Source: an uncultured Alphaproteobacteria bacterium (GTDB lineage: Bacteria; Pseudomonadota; Alphaproteobacteria; CAAHEQ01; UBA3637). Taken from it: a stretch of DNA of 64,000 bases. The notes under the pieces were generated by a model. It searched no databases, was not told the DNA's origin, and worked only from the letters and a program-made list of their open reading frames with translations. Where the stretch lies: the NCBI GenBank assembly GCA_944392125.1, contig CALXVP010000001.1, forward strand, positions 289,020 through 353,019, written 5' to 3'. The position numbers were made by a program, and so were the translations under genes. Within the stretch, counting starts at the first letter, position 1. Every line of letters begins with the position of its first letter. This document shows positions 1 through 10,345 of the stretch, piece by piece.

Positions 1-1567
1 CTTTACCTGTCGTCAAAAGGTCGGTCGAGGACTTCGTTTATGTGTCAATCAAGATGGCGAACGCATTGAGGATAAAGACGTCAATGTTTTGCATGTCATT
101 GCTAATGAAAGTTTTGCCGAATTTGCCGATAAACTGCAAAAAGAAATTGAAGAAGAAACCGGCGTTAAGTTTGGCGTTTTGGAAATCGGTATGTTGACAG
201 GATTAACTTACGAAGAAGAAGTTAAGGTTGAAAAACAAATCTCTCAGGAAACTGCCGAAACAGTCGTCCAAGAACTTCAAAAAACTGGCATTATTGATGT
301 TTGTGGAGCGGTTAATAAAGAAGTGTCCGTTGAAGCAATTGAGCTTTCAAGTGTGCCGGAACCTGTAAAAAAAGAAATTATTGAAACGATAAAGCAGGAA
401 AAACCCGTAACAGTTGCATCCCTTTCACAGACAACCTATACCGAAACAAAGGTTGAAAAAGTTTCTGTCAGCTATGAAGAAGCTGTTCAAATCATGGAAG
501 ATTTAAAAGGTACTCAGGTCATTGACAGTAAAGGTAAAATCAAAGATACCATGAAGGCAGAACTGGCCGCTGGTACATTAAATTTAAGTGACAGATGGTC
601 AAAGGCAAAACAACGTGCTGTTTTACAGGCCTTAAATAAAGCCGATAATAAACCGGTTATTCGTGATGCAAGCAAAGAAGTGACTGTTAAATTAAAGAAA
701 AAAGCAATCCTTAGTCCCGAATTTATGGAATTGTGGAATAAAATCAAGCAAAAGACCACTTATCGTGTCCAGTTTGATTTAGATACTTTGGTTGCAAATA
801 GCATTAAAGAAATTAAGGAAATGCCTGAAATCGGAACGGCTCGTTTACTCAGTCAAACAGCTAATGTTCATATTGAAAAATCGGGTGTTTCGCACCAAGC
901 AGGAAGAACATTTATTCAAGATTTAACCCGTAACTATGAAACATTACCGGATATTTTACGCCTGATTTCCACCAAGACACTTTTGAAACGGTCAACAGTT
1001 AATCGTATTTTACAAGAAAGTGGTCGCATGGCAGACTTTTTGAAGAATCCGCAAGAGTTTTATGAAAAAACATTGGAAATTATTGAACGCAATCGTCATA
1101 AATTGGCTATTGACGGTATTAAGTATATTAAACTCGCCGATGAAGAATACTATGTTCAAGAAATTTTTGACAGCACTGAGTTGATTGCCAACCTTGATAA
1201 AAATGCTGTACCCGTTGAAAACAGTGTTTATGACCATGTCATTTATGATAGCGGTATTGAAAGCAAATTTACTCTTGCCTTGGATAAAGATCCGGATGTT
1301 AAAATGTTCTTTAAAATCCCAAGCCGATTTAAAATTGAAACACCTATCGGAACCTATAATCCGGACTGGGCCGTTTATTTAGAGAAAAATGGCGAGCAAA
1401 AACTTTACTTTGTGTTAGAAACCAAAGGAACGGATAATTTATTCTTACTCAGAGAAGAAGAAAAGTTGAAAATCATGTGTGGAGCCGAACACTTTAAGGC
1501 TTTGGATGGCGTTGGTTTTTCAAAAAATCCTGTCAGAGAATGGCAAGAATTTAAACAAACGATTTAA
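1..1567 (+). CDS. Type III restriction enzyme Res subunit, C-terminal part (5' end outside window)
   Basis: The reading frame is open to the window start. A helicase motif VI-like QKVGRGLRL sits near the start. The C-terminus has a PD-(D/E)xK-like nuclease region (YNPDWAVYLE...ETKG). Confidence 0.55.
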   Translation, partial: FTCRQKVGRGLRLCVNQDGERIEDKDVNVLHVIANESFAEFADKLQKEIEEETGVKFGVLEIGMLTGLTYEEEVKVEKQISQETAETVVQELQKTGIIDVCGAVNKEVSVEAIELSSVPEPVKKEIIETIKQEKPVTVASLSQTTYTETKVEKVSVSYEEAVQIMEDLKGTQVIDSKGKIKDTMKAELAAGTLNLSDRWSKAKQRAVLQALNKADNKPVIRDASKEVTVKLKKKAILSPEFMELWNKIKQKTTYRVQFDLDTLVANSIKEIKEMPEIGTARLLSQTANVHIEKSGVSHQAGRTFIQDLTRNYETLPDILRLISTKTLLKRSTVNRILQESGRMADFLKNPQEFYEKTLEIIERNRHKLAIDGIKYIKLADEEYYVQEIFDSTELIANLDKNAVPVENSVYDHVIYDSGIESKFTLALDKDPDVKMFFKIPSRFKIETPIGTYNPDWAVYLEKNGEQKLYFVLETKGTDNLFLLREEEKLKIMCGAEHFKALDGVGFSKNPVREWQEFKQTI

Positions 1568-1680
1568 AATGAGAAGATAATGGCAAATTAAGTAAATTTT
1601 TAGTTGATTTTAATTTATTTTTAATTTATATAATAATTTTGATGGTAAAAACTAATATTATTTTTTATAGGGAGGATATA

Positions 1681-2112
1681 ATGACAGAAAGAAATGTCGG
1701 AGTTGGTTGCGGCGTTCTCTTATTGAATGATAAAGGACAATTTTTGATGATGAAAAGGGCCTCAAAGCACGCAACGGGAACTTATGCTATTCCCGGTGGT
1801 TGGATGGAGTTTGGAGAAACCTTTGAACAGGTTGCCGAGCGGGAAGTTATGGAAGAGCTTGGTGTTGAAATTGAAAATGTAAAGGTTCTAGGTGCTACAA
1901 ATAATATCTTTCCTATGGAAAATAAACATACGGTTGCTATTATTTTAGCGGCAAAACTTAAATCGGGGACACCGCGTATAATGGAACCGGATAAATGTGA
2001 AAGCATTGCCTGGTATGATGATTGGGAACAGTTGCCGACACCACTCTTTACAGACTATAACAAGTATATTTCAAAAGAACAAATTCAAAATTATGTCAAA
2101 TCAAATCTATGA
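1681..2112 (+). CDS. NUDIX hydrolase
   Basis: Nudix box GGWMEFGETFEQVAEREVMEELGV. RBS gggagg lies upstream of ATG 1681, so I used this later start rather than the ORF-track start. Confidence 0.8.
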   Translation: MTERNVGVGCGVLLLNDKGQFLMMKRASKHATGTYAIPGGWMEFGETFEQVAEREVMEELGVEIENVKVLGATNNIFPMENKHTVAIILAAKLKSGTPRIMEPDKCESIAWYDDWEQLPTPLFTDYNKYISKEQIQNYVKSNL

Positions 2113-3397
2113 TGTAATTGTTATCGGAGCAGGTCCGGCAGGTCTGTTTTCTTCTAGAATCCTAGATAAAAAAGGATTAAAGGTTTTATTATTAGAACAG
2201 GGTTCTAATGTTGCACATAGAGTTTGCGTAAAAAAGGAAAAATGTCAAAATTGCTATACGTGTGCGGAAACTTCTGGAATTGGAGGAGTTGGTGGTTATT
2301 CAGATGGAAAGTTATGTTTAGGTCCAGTTGGAATAGATGACGAGTTATTAGGAGATTCGTATTTATCAGAGTCGGCAGAAATTGAACATATTTTTGCAGA
2401 AAATTTGGGTGATAGAATTATATACCCTCAGTCTAAAAATTTTTTTATGCAGAAGAATAATTTTACTGAGGAGTCAACGCGGGTTATAAAATTAGGAAGT
2501 AATAATGTCAGATTTGCATTCCAGAAAATATTTGATGAATTGACTGTAGAAAAGTCAATACTAACAAGAGTTAATAGTATTCATAAAGCTAGTGATTTAT
2601 TCTTGGTTAAGACGCAAAATAAAGTTTTTTCAACAAAATATGTTGTTTTAGCAACAGGTAAATCTGATCTGCTTTTAAAAAATACCATTCTGCAAGAATT
2701 TTGTATTAATTCTGAGATTGGTTATCCATGTGTAGGCGTGAGAATAGAGGTCCCTCGAATTCAAGCTAAATTACTAGAGGAAACAGCAGAAAATTTAAAA
2801 ATAAAAATGAAGTTCTCAAAAGGATATGTAAAAACACATTGTTTTTGCTCCGCTGGTGAAGTTATTTCTTATAAAAGCAATGGTAATTTGCTAATAGGTG
2901 GTCGTTCTAATTCTGATCAAAGTTCTTCTTTTACAAATGTGGCTATTCTATATAAGTGTATAGATAATGACTTGAAACATGAGGCTTTATTATCTTTAAG
3001 GGCAATTTCAAAATTGTATCCTCATAATACTTTTTTTGAAAGTATTGCTTCTTTTGTTGGCAAAAAACAAGAAAGACTAAAAGTTATCCCTTTATCAAGC
3101 TCAATTCCCTATGAGATAGGTAAGTTATTTCCCGATGAAATTTCCAGTGCACTTAAGACATTTATTTTAAACTTGGAGAAAGAAAAATATATTGATTTAA
3201 CAGGTGGTATTGTTCATGCGCCTTGTTCGGAGTGGACAACACCCAAAATAATAACTTCTTTTGTGGGCGAAACAACACATAATTTATTTTATGTTGGTGA
3301 TGGTTCAGGAAGAACTCAGGGTATTGTTGCAGCAGCAATTATGGGACAACGAGCGGCTCGAGCTATATTAGAACGGGAGCAGAAAAATGGCAGATAA
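2093..3397 (+). CDS. FAD-dependent oxidoreductase (COG2509-like, with CxxC cluster)
   Basis: Dinucleotide-binding motif DVIVIGAGPAGL immediately after internal Met (MSNQIYD). CQNCYTC motif present. Overlaps the NUDIX stop by 20 nt. Confidence 0.65.
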   Translation: MSNQIYDVIVIGAGPAGLFSSRILDKKGLKVLLLEQGSNVAHRVCVKKEKCQNCYTCAETSGIGGVGGYSDGKLCLGPVGIDDELLGDSYLSESAEIEHIFAENLGDRIIYPQSKNFFMQKNNFTEESTRVIKLGSNNVRFAFQKIFDELTVEKSILTRVNSIHKASDLFLVKTQNKVFSTKYVVLATGKSDLLLKNTILQEFCINSEIGYPCVGVRIEVPRIQAKLLEETAENLKIKMKFSKGYVKTHCFCSAGEVISYKSNGNLLIGGRSNSDQSSSFTNVAILYKCIDNDLKHEALLSLRAISKLYPHNTFFESIASFVGKKQERLKVIPLSSSIPYEIGKLFPDEISSALKTFILNLEKEKYIDLTGGIVHAPCSEWTTPKIITSFVGETTHNLFYVGDGSGRTQGIVAAAIMGQRAARAILEREQKNGR

Positions 3398-3986
3398 ACT
3401 GAAAAGAGAAGATTATTTAAAAAATCCCTTTTTTATTGCAAGGCATATTTTACTAGGAGCGTATCTTTGCACAAATATAGATGGGAAACTCACAAGAGGG
3501 AAAATTACTGAGGTGGAGTTATATATTGGTGGGAAAGATAAAGCCTCTCATAGTTATGAGTATAAAAGGACAGCACGAACAGAAATTCAATACCACATTG
3601 GTGGGCATGCCTATATTTTTAAAATTTATGGTATGTATGATCAATTTTGCGTGGTAACTAATGATATAAATATTCCGAATGTAGTATTAATTCGTTCTTT
3701 AGAACCTATAGAAGGAATTGATGTTATGAGGGAAAGAAGAAAAACAAATAATATAAGAAACCTAACAACTGGCCCGGGAAAACTGTGTCAGGCATTGGGG
3801 ATTAAAACAGATGAACACTATGGTATTGATTTATTAGGAGATTTAATTTGGATATCTCCAAAATTGGAAGAAATTAAAATTTCAGACATTATCGCAACAC
3901 CGCGAATAGGGATTGATTACGCACAGGAGTACGTGAAAAAACGCTGGCGTTTTATATTAAAAGACAATAAATATCTTAGTCGTTAA
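3387..3986 (+). CDS. DNA-3-methyladenine glycosylase (Mpg/AAG family)
   Basis: Mpg family signatures: EVELYIGGKDKASH, YIFKIYGMY, LIRSLEPIEG, GPGKLCQALGI. Start overlaps the upstream gene by 11 nt. Confidence 0.8.
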   Translation: MADKLKREDYLKNPFFIARHILLGAYLCTNIDGKLTRGKITEVELYIGGKDKASHSYEYKRTARTEIQYHIGGHAYIFKIYGMYDQFCVVTNDINIPNVVLIRSLEPIEGIDVMRERRKTNNIRNLTTGPGKLCQALGIKTDEHYGIDLLGDLIWISPKLEEIKISDIIATPRIGIDYAQEYVKKRWRFILKDNKYLSR

Positions 3987-4560
3987 CTCGATCGAATCCT
4001 TTAAATTTATTTAAATATTGACATGATATTTTCGATGCCTGTATAAACGAAAGTGTTTTTCTCAAGACTTCATCTTTACTCTCATTGTTAAATTCGATAC
4101 ATGGAGATTTGAAGAGTGAGAGATTAAACTCCTCAAGTAATAAGTTGTCTCGATGTAATCTTGATGCTATTTTCTGAATTTGATCACCGCGATTGACCAT
4201 TCTTCGTTTGAGAGCACCTTGTGATGGATTTAAATAAATAATTCGGAGCAGTTGATCGGCAAAAATCCTCTCGACCTCTTTAGCAAAAGATAAATCAATA
4301 GCTACAATTCCATTTGGCTTACAAAGTTCTTTTTCCTCAATCCCATAGTAATCTGTTCCATTATTAAAACTTATTCTATATTTACGTTTTTGAAACTCGT
4401 CATGAGAAACAAAATAATAATCTTTTGAATCAATTTCCCCCATTCTTTTAAGACGAGTTGTTGTACAAATAATGTTTGAGAAACTTGAATTTGAAGATAA
4501 CAATCCCTCTTTCAAAGTTGTTTTTCCGCTCCCACCGGCACCAAACAAAATTATTAACAT
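3976..4560 (-). CDS. P-loop NMP kinase, guanylate-kinase-like
   Basis: Walker A GAGGSGKTT and a TTR motif (CTTTRLKRMGEIDSKDYYFV) typical of the GMP kinase fold. Convergent with Mpg. Confidence 0.55.
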   Translation of the reverse strand: MLIILFGAGGSGKTTLKEGLLSSNSSFSNIICTTTRLKRMGEIDSKDYYFVSHDEFQKRKYRISFNNGTDYYGIEEKELCKPNGIVAIDLSFAKEVERIFADQLLRIIYLNPSQGALKRRMVNRGDQIQKIASRLHRDNLLLEEFNLSLFKSPCIEFNNESKDEVLRKTLSFIQASKISCQYLNKFKGFDRVND

Positions 4561-4725
4561 GTTTTCCTCCTTTATATATATTATATGATTTTAAATTAAG
4601 ATTCAATATTTTTGATAAAAATAAGTTAGGGAAGCATCCAATAAAACCCATGATTTATATAGTTTTTACTTGCTAAAATACATACCTTTTGTTACATTAT
4701 ATAGGATTATGAAAGGCTTCCAAAA

Positions 4726-7380
4726 ATGAATAAGCAACTTTCTCCCCGTTTTCCCACACCTTTTGCCGCCTTTGCCGAACAACGGCGGCTAGACTGCTAT
4801 ATTGAGGATGAAGGGCTTGTTGCTGCATATGCGTCATCGGATATTCAAATTTTACCCTATCAAATCGCAGCGGCCCGTTTTGCTTTGCGATCTGCAAACA
4901 TAAAAGGCTGTATTTTATGTGATGAAGGCAGTCTTGGTAAAACTTATGAGGCTTTGTTGGTTGTATCGCAACGTTGGTATGAAGGTAAAGAACGGATTTT
5001 AATCGTTTTGCCCCAAAACCTTAAAAGTCAATGGCAAGAAAAATTAACCAAAGAATTTACTCTACCGATAACCGATTGGAGCGAATATACACAAGAGACC
5101 AAAGGCCTGTGCCTGATGACGTATGATGAAGTCATTAAAAATGAAGAAAAAGTCAGTCAAATCATTTGGGATTTAGCTGTTTTTGACGAGGCAGACTTTC
5201 TGTTCAAACCGGGTAATAAGTCAGTTGCCATGATTAAAAAGGCAGTTGGAAATGCGTTTAAACTGCTGTTAACACCAACGCCCATTACATTAAGCATTAT
5301 GGATATTTACGGACTTATCCATTTTATTGATGAAACTTTATTGCCCGATGCAGACAGTTTTTATAAAAGGTATTTTAGAAAACCCGAAAACTATCCCGAA
5401 CTTTCATCTTGGGTGTCTAAGTTTGCGTTTAGAACGCTCAAAAAACAGGTTGAGCCTTATGTTAATTTCACCAAACGCTTGCCGGTTGTTCTCAATTACA
5501 CGCCACAAGACAAGGAGAAAAAGCTCTATGATTTAACCGAAAAATACTTGGCTCTTGATAACAAAACTGCCTATCCGCAAATGGATAATTATCAGTTAGC
5601 ATTACAATTTTATAGAACTCTTTCTTCCTCTCCGCAGGCTTTTGCGAATATGTTGTCGGCTCCGATTGAACGGGCTTCGTCTGATGAACGCATTATTTTA
5701 CATACAATGCAAAAAATGGCTTTGGAAATACCCCTTTCTGCTAAAATGGAAGAATTGTTAAAGGCTCTTAAAACAACATTTGCTCATTTAAAATCTCGCA
5801 AAGAAGTGCAAAAAGCCATTATTTTTGTTGATAACCTGACAACTTTATCCGTTTTATCAGAGTTATTAAAGGAACATTATTCGATTATAAAACACACAGA
5901 TGATAATGCTTTGAACATTTTTAGAGAAGATAAAAATATTCAAATTCTTATCACAAACGATGCAACTGCCAAAGGCTTAGACATAGAATATTGCCCCATT
6001 GTTGTGAACTATGATTTACTTTATAATGCCGTTGAGATGGAACAACGAATTTGTCGTTGCCACCGCCAAGGACAACAATCCGATGTGTTGGTTATCAATT
6101 TGCTCAGTCAGGAAAATATGTCTGATGTGCGTATTTTGGAATTGATTAACAAACGAACTTTACAATTTCAGGGTATTTTCGGGATGTCAGACGATATTGT
6201 CGGTCATTTTGATGAAACTTTGGAGGCTGTTTTACAAAAACGCCGAACCTTGCCCGATATTCAAAGGGATTTTGCACAGAACTTAGAGATAAATAAAGAT
6301 GCCAACGCTCAAGTGGTTTCTGATGCCGAAAGTGTATTGTTTACGACATTTACAAAAGATGTAGCCGAAAAAGTACAGGTTTCACCGCAGTATATTCAAG
6401 AACAGGCCGAATTCATCAATCGGGACTTGTGGGAAGTTGTAAAGTTTTATTTTGAAAAGCATCATCCTCAATATATTATTGATGACATCAATCAAACATT
6501 AACTTTACCGGATGATTGTGAACAACCGCATATGTTCTATTATTGGACTGGGACAAGAAACACACCTTATATAGGAAAACGTCAGTATGGTATGGCCAAA
6601 GATTTTAAACCAGCAAGCGGAAGAATTACCTTAACTTCTATTTTAGCCAAGGGAATTTTTAGTGAAATTGAATGTGCTACAGAGGGCGAAATAAACCTTG
6701 AAACAAATATTGAACCTTGCCAAATCAGTATGTACAATGTCGAATTACGTCGAAAGGGAAAGTTTCTTAAAAGTTATGATGTTTTAACCGGTAAGACGAG
6801 AGATGGCAGGATTTTAACCCAAGAAGAATGTGTCAAAATTTTATCACAGCCAATTAAATCTGTTGAAAATAAGGATAGAGAACGCTCTTATTGGCTAGCA
6901 AACAGTTCGTTTTCTGACAGGTTGCCAGTATTCTTAGAAGATGAGTTGAAAAACAACTATATCAAACAACAAGAAGGTGCTTTTAATACGGATATTGATA
7001 TTATTAAAATGCGTTCATCTCGTCAAAAAGCCGTACTAGAACAAACTCTTGAATCCTTACGCCAAGAAACATCAAAGATTAAGGACTGCATCGGCAGTGC
7101 CAAAGACCGCTTAGAAGAACTTAAAATTCAAAAACAAATCAACGAAAAAGAAAAACAACTCCGCAAAAAGGAAGAAGGCTTGTTTTTTGAACAAATGCGC
7201 ATCGAAGCCAACGCCGAAGAACAAATTGAAAAATTATGTGGAACGGACGGAATATCTGTCGTAGTATCACCGATATTTAAGGTGCAATTTCAAAAAACAC
7301 CCATCATGGATGAAACCCAAGACAAGTGCTTTTTTTTAAATAGAAGTATGACTACTTCACAGCTATTGCGTTTTAACTAA
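4726..7380 (+). CDS. SNF2-family helicase with coiled-coil C-terminal extension
   Basis: Motif I DEGSLGKT, motif II VFDEADFL and motif VI CHRQGQQ. A predicted coiled coil lies near residues 760-840. Confidence 0.8.
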   Translation: MNKQLSPRFPTPFAAFAEQRRLDCYIEDEGLVAAYASSDIQILPYQIAAARFALRSANIKGCILCDEGSLGKTYEALLVVSQRWYEGKERILIVLPQNLKSQWQEKLTKEFTLPITDWSEYTQETKGLCLMTYDEVIKNEEKVSQIIWDLAVFDEADFLFKPGNKSVAMIKKAVGNAFKLLLTPTPITLSIMDIYGLIHFIDETLLPDADSFYKRYFRKPENYPELSSWVSKFAFRTLKKQVEPYVNFTKRLPVVLNYTPQDKEKKLYDLTEKYLALDNKTAYPQMDNYQLALQFYRTLSSSPQAFANMLSAPIERASSDERIILHTMQKMALEIPLSAKMEELLKALKTTFAHLKSRKEVQKAIIFVDNLTTLSVLSELLKEHYSIIKHTDDNALNIFREDKNIQILITNDATAKGLDIEYCPIVVNYDLLYNAVEMEQRICRCHRQGQQSDVLVINLLSQENMSDVRILELINKRTLQFQGIFGMSDDIVGHFDETLEAVLQKRRTLPDIQRDFAQNLEINKDANAQVVSDAESVLFTTFTKDVAEKVQVSPQYIQEQAEFINRDLWEVVKFYFEKHHPQYIIDDINQTLTLPDDCEQPHMFYYWTGTRNTPYIGKRQYGMAKDFKPASGRITLTSILAKGIFSEIECATEGEINLETNIEPCQISMYNVELRRKGKFLKSYDVLTGKTRDGRILTQEECVKILSQPIKSVENKDRERSYWLANSSFSDRLPVFLEDELKNNYIKQQEGAFNTDIDIIKMRSSRQKAVLEQTLESLRQETSKIKDCIGSAKDRLEELKIQKQINEKEKQLRKKEEGLFFEQMRIEANAEEQIEKLCGTDGISVVVSPIFKVQFQKTPIMDETQDKCFFLNRSMTTSQLLRFN

Positions 7381-7495
7381 TATTTAGGATTACGGTTTAA
7401 TTATTATTGATTATCGTGGTAAGTTATGATATAGTAAAGCAACAAAATGTCGTGTACTGGAGTATTATTCTTTAAAATACAAGAAAGATAATGTT

Positions 7496-8410
7496 ATGAG
7501 AAATTTGGTTGTATTTGATTTTGGAACAAGTAAAATTAAGACCTTGTTATGCAAAGTTGATGATTTTGGGAAATTTACAAAAAAAACAGAATTCACAAAT
7601 GTTTCCATAGGAAAATTATTATCTGATAACAATAAAATTTTCAATGATGAAAAATATGCAATTCTAAATGACTTCAATGAAAAAATAAATGGTCTTATGG
7701 AAAACTTTCAGGATACCGAGCTTGAGTTTAAAGCTATCGCAACAGAGGCTTTTAGAAAAAGTCATGAACTAGAAGATGCCCTTTATAAAGCTACCAATAA
7801 GTTTAGTATAGATTTAGAGATATTAACACCGAGGAGAGAGTGTGAACTGTTGGCTGCCAATTTTAACTTAACAGAATCTGATTTACTTTTGGATATAGGT
7901 GGTGGAAGCATAAACACTATCTATAAATGTAAAGGCATGTTAAATACCCACTGTTATAGCTTAGGCGCGTATGTTTTACATAATTTATTCCAAAGTAATG
8001 GTGAGTTATTTGATAATGCCATCTATACAGCTATGGATAAATATATAAAAAAAGAAATATTTTCTTCTATTTGTCACAGAACCTTTACGAGGGTTGTTGT
8101 TGGATCAAACCAGATGCTCAGTTTCTTTAATAGTCTTTCTGAGAAAACTGGGCTCAATTTTATGCGTAACGATTCTTTTGATGCTAGCTGCATCAATACG
8201 TTAATAAATAATGTTTTTTTGGACAGAAAGTATGAAGATTTATTTCAATATTTTGAACAAAACCCAAGTTTTATGTATGGAGCAGATAAAATGTTATTGA
8301 TTTTAGAAAATTTCGTTAAATTTTTTGATATTAAAGTAATATCTCCTACAGATGATGGAATAGCGTTAGGTTTTGTAAAAACCTGTTTAAACTTGGCTCC
8401 ACTTTCATGA
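7496..8410 (+). CDS. Ppx/GppA-family (ASKHA fold) phosphatase-like protein
   Basis: Phosphate-1 motif VVFDFGTSKIK and phosphate-2 motif LLLDIGGGSINT, as in the exopolyphosphatase/GppA N-terminal domains. Confidence 0.5.
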   Translation: MRNLVVFDFGTSKIKTLLCKVDDFGKFTKKTEFTNVSIGKLLSDNNKIFNDEKYAILNDFNEKINGLMENFQDTELEFKAIATEAFRKSHELEDALYKATNKFSIDLEILTPRRECELLAANFNLTESDLLLDIGGGSINTIYKCKGMLNTHCYSLGAYVLHNLFQSNGELFDNAIYTAMDKYIKKEIFSSICHRTFTRVVVGSNQMLSFFNSLSEKTGLNFMRNDSFDASCINTLINNVFLDRKYEDLFQYFEQNPSFMYGADKMLLILENFVKFFDIKVISPTDDGIALGFVKTCLNLAPLS

Positions 8411-8417
8411 TATTACT

Positions 8418-9095
8418 ATGATTTATTTAAAATACGATTTGAACGATGAAAAAGTAAAATATCTTATTCAAAGCGATGAAAATTTGGGTAAGCTAATCAA
8501 ATATATTGGTTCTAGTGAACTAGCTATAGAGGAAGATTCTTTTAAATGTCTTGTAAAATACATTATTGGACAGCAAATCAGTGATAAAGCACGCGAAACA
8601 ATTTGGAAAAAAGTTTGCTCTAACATTGAAAATATTGCCCCTAATGACATATTAGGAATGAGTGATGAAGGGCTTTATAAAGCGGAAATTCCAAGACATA
8701 AAGTTAAATATATAAAGGCGTTAGCACATGAAATTGTAAGAAAAAGAATAGATTTTGAAATATTACAAACACTTTCAAATGAAAAGATAATTTCGCAATT
8801 AACTTTAGTAAAAGGTATTGGGAGGTGGACCGCTGAGATGTATTTGATTTTTTCATTAAAACGAGAAAATATTTTTTCAGAGAGTGATGGAACTCTTAAG
8901 CGTGTTATCCAATGGATGTATAATCTGAATGAAATACCTTCTACAGGAGTAATAAAGGAATACTTCTCTAATTGGATGGAGTACGCTACGATTGTTTCTT
9001 CATACCTATGGAAATCTATTGAATTAGGGTTAATTTGTAAACCATTTGAGCAGGTAATTTCGGGAAAACAAGGCGATGTAGATAATGTTAGATAA
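8418..9095 (+). CDS. HhH-GPD superfamily DNA glycosylase (AlkA/Ogg-like)
   Basis: Helix-hairpin-helix LVKGIGRWTAEMYLIF followed by a conserved Asp (SESDG). Confidence 0.65.
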   Translation: MIYLKYDLNDEKVKYLIQSDENLGKLIKYIGSSELAIEEDSFKCLVKYIIGQQISDKARETIWKKVCSNIENIAPNDILGMSDEGLYKAEIPRHKVKYIKALAHEIVRKRIDFEILQTLSNEKIISQLTLVKGIGRWTAEMYLIFSLKRENIFSESDGTLKRVIQWMYNLNEIPSTGVIKEYFSNWMEYATIVSSYLWKSIELGLICKPFEQVISGKQGDVDNVR

Positions 9096-10326
9096 CTTAT
9101 ACTGGATGAAATATTCCATAAATATTTCACAAAAAGCACCTTGGTCTAAACTAAAAACAGGTGTGGTACTTGTTTCCAAGCAAAATGAATTGATTTGTTC
9201 CGCTTACACTGGGGAAGAAGATAATTCATCTTGGCTGGATGTTTTGTTAAAAAAAATAAAAGGTAGTAGTCTTTTCAATGGATGGTGTCTTTATCTCACG
9301 GTTAATACATTATCGAAAACAGAGTCATTTGATCTAATTGAATTACTAAAGCTAATTCACGTTCGTAAAATATATGTAGGGCTCCCGGATTTTAGGCTGG
9401 AAAATTATCTAAACGGGGATCCTGTTCTGGTACTAGATTATGTTCATCGTTACCCTGATGATTTACAACGTGAAATATTAAAACAGAATAAGCGTTTTTA
9501 CGCAAACAGTAGACAAAGCATTCAGTATAGTTCGTACTATTCTGCTAATAGAATCAGCAGTTTTGTGTTAGAGAAACTGGAACGAAAAGGTATAACTATT
9601 TCTGAAGAAGAGCTTAATATAAATAAAAAAAGTACAGCTCTCGCATCTTTAATTTTTAATAAATATGAAATTGAGTATGAGAAGGCCGCTTGTATAGTAG
9701 ATAATATCTTATCCGAGGCCTTTAATAACAAATATAGTAAATATGATTATTTGAATGATATACGTTCATTTGATTTAGGATGGAAACAAACCTTTCAATC
9801 TATCTATAACAGGGTATCTAAGAAGCCGATGCCTGGTATGAATATACTAAATGTTGGTGTTGGTTCTGGAAATGAAGCTATTAGTTTATTTTCAAATTGT
9901 CCTCATATCACCTTTGTTGATATTGCTGGGGAGGGACTTGAACGAATTAAAATACAACTTCCATTATCTAATTTTGTTGTTTCTAAAGCGGAAAATTTAT
10001 CTTCTTTGAATGAAAATAGCTATGAATTATATATTTCTTTAAGAACCTATAATTCTTCATTTTTTGATATTAATCATGCAATATCAGAAGCATACAGGGT
10101 GTTAAAAAAGGATGCTATTATAATTATTTCCATAGCCAATGGATTTTTATGTTCTGGGGAAAAACGAATTATCCCTGGTTTAATAGTTCCAGGTACAGAT
10201 TTTGTTGATATTTATAGGGGGATAGATACAGTTAAGTTGCTACATAAAAACTTCGTTCAAATAGGATTTAAAAATATTCAAATTTTCCCAACTAAAACAG
10301 AAAGTTATTTAACAGCAGTCAAGTAA
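9085..10326 (+). CDS. Fusion protein: degenerate cytidine/dCMP-deaminase-like domain + class I SAM-dependent methyltransferase
   Basis: The N-terminus resembles the RibD/dCMP-deaminase fold but lacks HxE and PCxxC. The C-terminus has methyltransferase motif I ILNVGVGSGNEA and a post-I acidic residue (FVDIAG). Confidence 0.5.
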   Translation: MLDNLYWMKYSINISQKAPWSKLKTGVVLVSKQNELICSAYTGEEDNSSWLDVLLKKIKGSSLFNGWCLYLTVNTLSKTESFDLIELLKLIHVRKIYVGLPDFRLENYLNGDPVLVLDYVHRYPDDLQREILKQNKRFYANSRQSIQYSSYYSANRISSFVLEKLERKGITISEEELNINKKSTALASLIFNKYEIEYEKAACIVDNILSEAFNNKYSKYDYLNDIRSFDLGWKQTFQSIYNRVSKKPMPGMNILNVGVGSGNEAISLFSNCPHITFVDIAGEGLERIKIQLPLSNFVVSKAENLSSLNENSYELYISLRTYNSSFFDINHAISEAYRVLKKDAIIIISIANGFLCSGEKRIIPGLIVPGTDFVDIYRGIDTVKLLHKNFVQIGFKNIQIFPTKTESYLTAVK

Positions 10327-10345
10327 TCAAACAAAGGCGAGTATT

